Assembly: GCA_963707505.1 (NCBI GenBank) | Contig: CAVPQB010000005.1 | Span: 99,753 to 163,752 of the forward strand | DNA from: an uncultured Gemmatimonadales bacterium | Lineage (GTDB): Bacteria; Gemmatimonadota; Gemmatimonadetes; Gemmatimonadales; Gemmatimonadaceae | Reading direction: 5' to 3' | Length of the DNA: 64,000 nucleotides | Made by a program: the position numbers and the translations under genes | Shown here: positions 60,158 to 64,000 of the stretch, in pieces | How the letters are laid out: every line of letters starts with the position of its first letter | Position numbering within the stretch: position 1 is the first letter of the stretch | Notes under the pieces: model-generated | The model's database searches: none | Told to the model about the DNA's origin: nothing | What the model saw: the letters and a program-made list of their open reading frames with translations, nothing else

Positions 60158-61939
60158 TCAAGGCGTCTTCGCGGCCTCCTGAGCGTCCAACAGGCCGTCG
60201 CGGTCGGTGTCGAACGCGCGAAACTGCTCACGAGAGCCGAGGAACTCCCGCGGCGAGACGTCGCCATCGCCGTTGCGGTCCATCCCGACGAACCACGCGC
60301 CGGGTCGATCGCCGCGATCGGCCCGCCGCCCGCGCCGCCTCGATCGTGGCGAGGATGACCCGCCGGCCGTTGCTCTGCTCGATCCCCCGTCCAAGTGTGA
60401 GCTGCGTGCGTCTCGGAAGCTCGGCCAGGCTGATCCGGCCGTCGCGCGTCACGGTCAAGGTCTTTCAGCCGCTCACGTGCGCGGCGCGGAGCTCGCGGAT
60501 CGAAAGCCGGCCGTCGCGGTCGGCGTCAAGCCGCTCATGCAAGGCTCAGGCCGAGGTCGGCGATCGTCATAACCGTCGGTTCTCCGTCGCCAGCCTGCGC
60601 CTCGTTCGAGAGATCGCGTTCATCTCGTCCGCGGTCATCTTGGCGTCATCTTGTTGCGATCGGCCACGGGGAAGACCCGGCCCATGAAAAAATTGCCGCG
60701 CAGGCCTGCTTGGCGTCGATGGTCCAGTCGTTGTCCGCATCGGCACCGGCTTTGAACTGATCCGACGGAAATCATTGCCGACTTGTGGCGGCGTCGAGAC
60801 AGGCGCAGCCCGAAGTGGGATCCGTCAAACGAGACGACCAGTCCGCCGTCGTTCGATGCGCGGCTCGCGAGCGCATGGGCCGCGGGTCCGGTGGGCCTGC
60901 CGGGGTACCCCGTCCCGCGGCCAACTTTGGGAAGCGTGACAACAAGTTCCAGGTGCGGCGTCGGGTTCGCGAGGAATTCCTTCAGCTCTCGATCGTGAGG
61001 TCGAGAAGTCCATCCCGATCGCGTCGGCCGCTGCGGAACGCGACGGATCGGCCCCGAGCGCGCCGCCGGGCCGATTCGGATGGTCCTCCTGGCCGGGCGA
61101 GCTGGCCGTATTCGCGGGTGAGCCTGGCGGCGACTTGCTGTCGCGTTCCTCGCTCGAAGTCAGGGCGACGACGCGCTGGTCGCGATATCGACGGCGCCCG
61201 CCTGGATCTGACGTCCGAAGCGGTCGGCCAGCGGGCTGCGATCGGGGTGAGCTCGTCCATGCCGACCATCTCATCCTCGTCGGTATCGAGGCGGCCGACG
61301 CACGAATCGGTGTCGGCCAGCTCCGCCGAAGAGAGCACCTTGTCGCCGTCGTGATCGAGGTGGCCGAAGACCGCCTCGAGCCTCGGGTCGGACGCGGCGC
61401 CGGTGTGCATCGACAACGCATCGATCTCGTGCGTGGACCGCAGGTACTCCGCGAGTTCCTCGACGGTGACGATGTGCCATCCCGCGGGCTGGAATCGACC
61501 GCGACACCGGCCCGCTTCCCGACCTGGATGGCCGCCGGTTGAAGCGGGTCTTCAGCAGCTGGGTCCACGGGGCGCGAGTTGGCCTCTCCGCTGTCGTCAG
61601 CACGCCGTCGCCGTTGACGTCGAGATAGGAGTGGAGGCTCGAGCATGAAATCGGCCCACGCCGTGCGGAATCCCTTGTCGCCGATGGAGACGCGGAGCGC
61701 GCACGATGGGCCCGTGCGGTCCCGCCGAAAATCACGACCTCTACAAGGTCGTCGTCCGGAGTGAGGGCGAAGACACTCGCCGGCAGGGTCAACGCCGGAG
61801 GTGCGGGGCGACGAGCAGCAGGAAGTCGAAGGCGCGAGAACGTCAGGGTCAGCCAGAAGGCCAGGCCGAGTGCGAAGAGGGCTAGCAGTACGTTGGATCC
61901 GAGCAATGCTCGTATCCTAATATTTCCTCCAATCCTCAT
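60158..61939 (-). CDS. Secreted/membrane multi-EF-hand protein (heavily frameshifted)
   Basis: Hydrophobic N-terminus; DxDxDG loops [49 protein letters not shown]. Confidence 0.75.
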
Positions 61940-63326
61940 GCGAGGGCCTCCTTGATCGGCTTCGCGTCGGGGTCGACGATGCGGATCGGCCGGCCGACGT
62001 TGGAGACGTTCTGCTTCGTCGGGTCGATGCCGAGCGCCATGGCAGACGGTGGCCAGGAAGTCGGGCACCGAGACGGGCCGGTCCTCGACCGTCGATGCCG
62101 TCGGCGCTGGTCCGGCCGATCACCCGGCCCGCCCTTGATGCCGCCGCCGGCCAGCACGGTGGTCCAGGCGTTGGGGAAGTGGTCGCGGCCGGCGCTGCCG
62201 TTGATCTTCGGCGTGCGGCCGAACTCGCCCATCCAGACGATCGAGCGTCGTGTCGAGCAGGCCGCGCTGCTTCGAGGTCGTCGATCAGCGTCGCCCAGGC
62301 CGGGTCGAGCACGGCGCTGAGCTGCTTGACCTGGTCGAAGTTCTGCTGCGTGCGTGTCCCAGCCGATCGCCTGGCTGGCCGGTCGACGCCGCCGAGCGTG
62401 ACCTCGACGAACGGCACGCCGCGCTCGACCAGCCGGCGGGCCAGCAGGCAGCCCTGGCCGAACAGGTTGCGGCCGTACGCGTCGCGCAGCCGCGGCCGGC
62501 TCGCTGTCGAGGTCGAACGCCGCGCCGCCGTCGGACCGCATCAGCCGGACCGCGCGCTCGTAGGCGCGTGCGGTGGCTCTGCGGGCGGGCCGCCGGGGTG
62601 GCCGTCGACGAAGCTCGCGCGTTGAGCGGGTCGAGCAGCCCGAGCCGGGCGTCGGCCCGGCGGCGGTCGATCCCGTCGGGCGCGTCGCAGGTCCTTCGAC
62701 CCGGAGCGCCGACGCTTCGTAGTCGTCCTGCCCGGGCGGACGACCTGGCCCCGGCCCGTTCTCGCCGACGATCAGCGGGGCGTACTCGGGCCGAGGAAGC
62801 CCGGCCCGTACGCCGCCGGGTTCAAGGAACCGGAACGGGGCGATGCTGACGAAGCTCGGGCAGCTCGGCCTCCTCGTCGGCCAGTTCCTTCGCCACCAGC
62901 GAGCCGAGCGTCGGGATACTGGATCGGCCCCTGCGGCAGGTAGCCGGTGCGCAGGAAGTAGCGTGGCGCGGCCGTGGTCGCCTTCCTTGGTGCTCATCGA
63001 GCGGATGATCGCCAGGTGGTCGGCCATCTGCCGGGCGAGCTTCGGCAGGTGCTCGCTGATCCGGATGCCGGGCACGCGTGGTCGCGATCGCCTTGAACGG
63101 GCCGCCGTTGGCGTGGCCCGGCTTCAGGTCGAACGTGTCCATCTGGCTGGGCCCGCCGTTCATCCACAGCAGGATGCACGACCGCTGCCGCTGCGGATTC
63201 GCCGCCGCGTCGGCCGCCAGCGTTCTTCATCCAGCCGGCGACGACCCCACGGCGATCCCCGCCGCCGCCAGGCGCAGATCATTGCCGAGCGGGACCAGCT
63301 CGACCGATCGGGCGTTGCGGGACATG
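61936..63326 (-). CDS. DUF1501 family protein (frameshifted)
   Basis: [67 protein letters not shown]. Confidence 0.9.
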
Positions 63327-63435
63327 GGAGCACGCTCCTCCAGGTGCAGATCGTCTGATAGAACCGGAATGGGCTCGAGAATTGAGCGCGGCCAGGTTGA
63401 CGCTAATGCCGTCACTGATCAAATGGACGAATTCT

Positions 63436-64000
63436 TCAAGCACGAGCATGATCTTGGTCGGTCTTTGCCTTCTCATGTTGACCCATGGCCTCGTAGACTC
63501 TTGCACAGATTTTGGTAGCTCCTTGCATCATTGGGTTCGAGGCGAATGGCCTCGGTATAGTCAGTGAGGGCCTTGGCAAGCTCGCCTTTGGCAGCCGAGA
63601 CTCCAGCTCGATTATAGTAAGCGGGACAAGTTTCGGGTTGATGTGACTGCTTGATCGAAGTCGGGATAGCGCCTTATCATAGAGCACCTTTCAGGCCCAT
63701 CCCGCTCTTGATTCCGGAAATTGTCGGCGTTCGTCGGTTCGAGCCTAATCGCCTCGTCCAGGTCCGTGATTGCAGCTTGTCACGTCCTTAGTCATCAGCC
63801 GGGTCATTCCTCGATTGCCGAAGAAAGCGCGAGTCCTTCGGCACTTTCCAGTCGAGTCGGCCTCGGTGAAGTCTTTAATCGATTCGTTCAATCGATTGAG
63901 GTGTTGATATGACAATCCACGGATAGAAGACCGGCTTCTCTGTGGTTGGCGTCGATCGCGATGACAGCGGCATAATCGTCGATCGCTTTGAGGTACTCAT
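63436..64000 (-). CDS. Tetratricopeptide-repeat protein, 3' part (frameshifted, runs off window)
   Basis: AIDDYAAVIAID, AITDLDEAIRLEP, ARVYEAMGQHEKAKTD. Confidence 0.65.

Noticed and set aside
54879..64000. Genomic island or horizontal transfer from Planctomycetes
   Set aside because: No integrase or att site, and the boundary is a sequencing adapter that truncates genes on both sides

Overview
The window joins two unrelated DNA molecules. Bases 1-54,823 are a dense, mostly minus-strand housekeeping region of a high-GC bacterium; gene order and protein style suggest Gemmatimonadota (inferred, not searched). It carries secDF, ribF, truB, rbfA, infB, nusA, rimP, cmk, aroA, a DAP/lysine operon, tRNA-Leu(TAA), recN-nadK-dxs-ispA-xseBA-folD-rny-zapA, pheST, rplT-rpmI-infC, arcA/rex, an RsbV/W/U-like module, pta-coaD-rsmD-recJ-dnaG-mutS2, rpsU, rsmE, prmA and the 3' end of dnaJ. 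At 54,824-54,878 dnaJ is cut by back-to-back Oxford Nanopore adapter remnants. The remainder is frameshift-rich Planctomycete-like DNA (two DUF1501 genes, a LEPR-XLL secreted lipase-like protein, an ABC permease, an EF-hand protein, a TPR protein), so the contig is a chimera. The best biological lead is a two-gene operon at 17.6-18.7 kb. It encodes a small basic SWIM-like protein and a Rad52/DdrA-family annealing protein fused to a zinc ribbon carrying a plant-OSB-like 'PDF' motif and an SSB-like DEIPF tail. Its promoter holds a CCGAA-N6-CCGAA direct repeat that recurs upstream of mutS2-dnaG-recJ, a candidate SOS-type operator. Also noted: a perfect Rex box between arcA and rex, attenuator-like leaders for rimP-nusA and infC, a two-copy REP-like palindrome, and several in-frame-shortened core enzymes.
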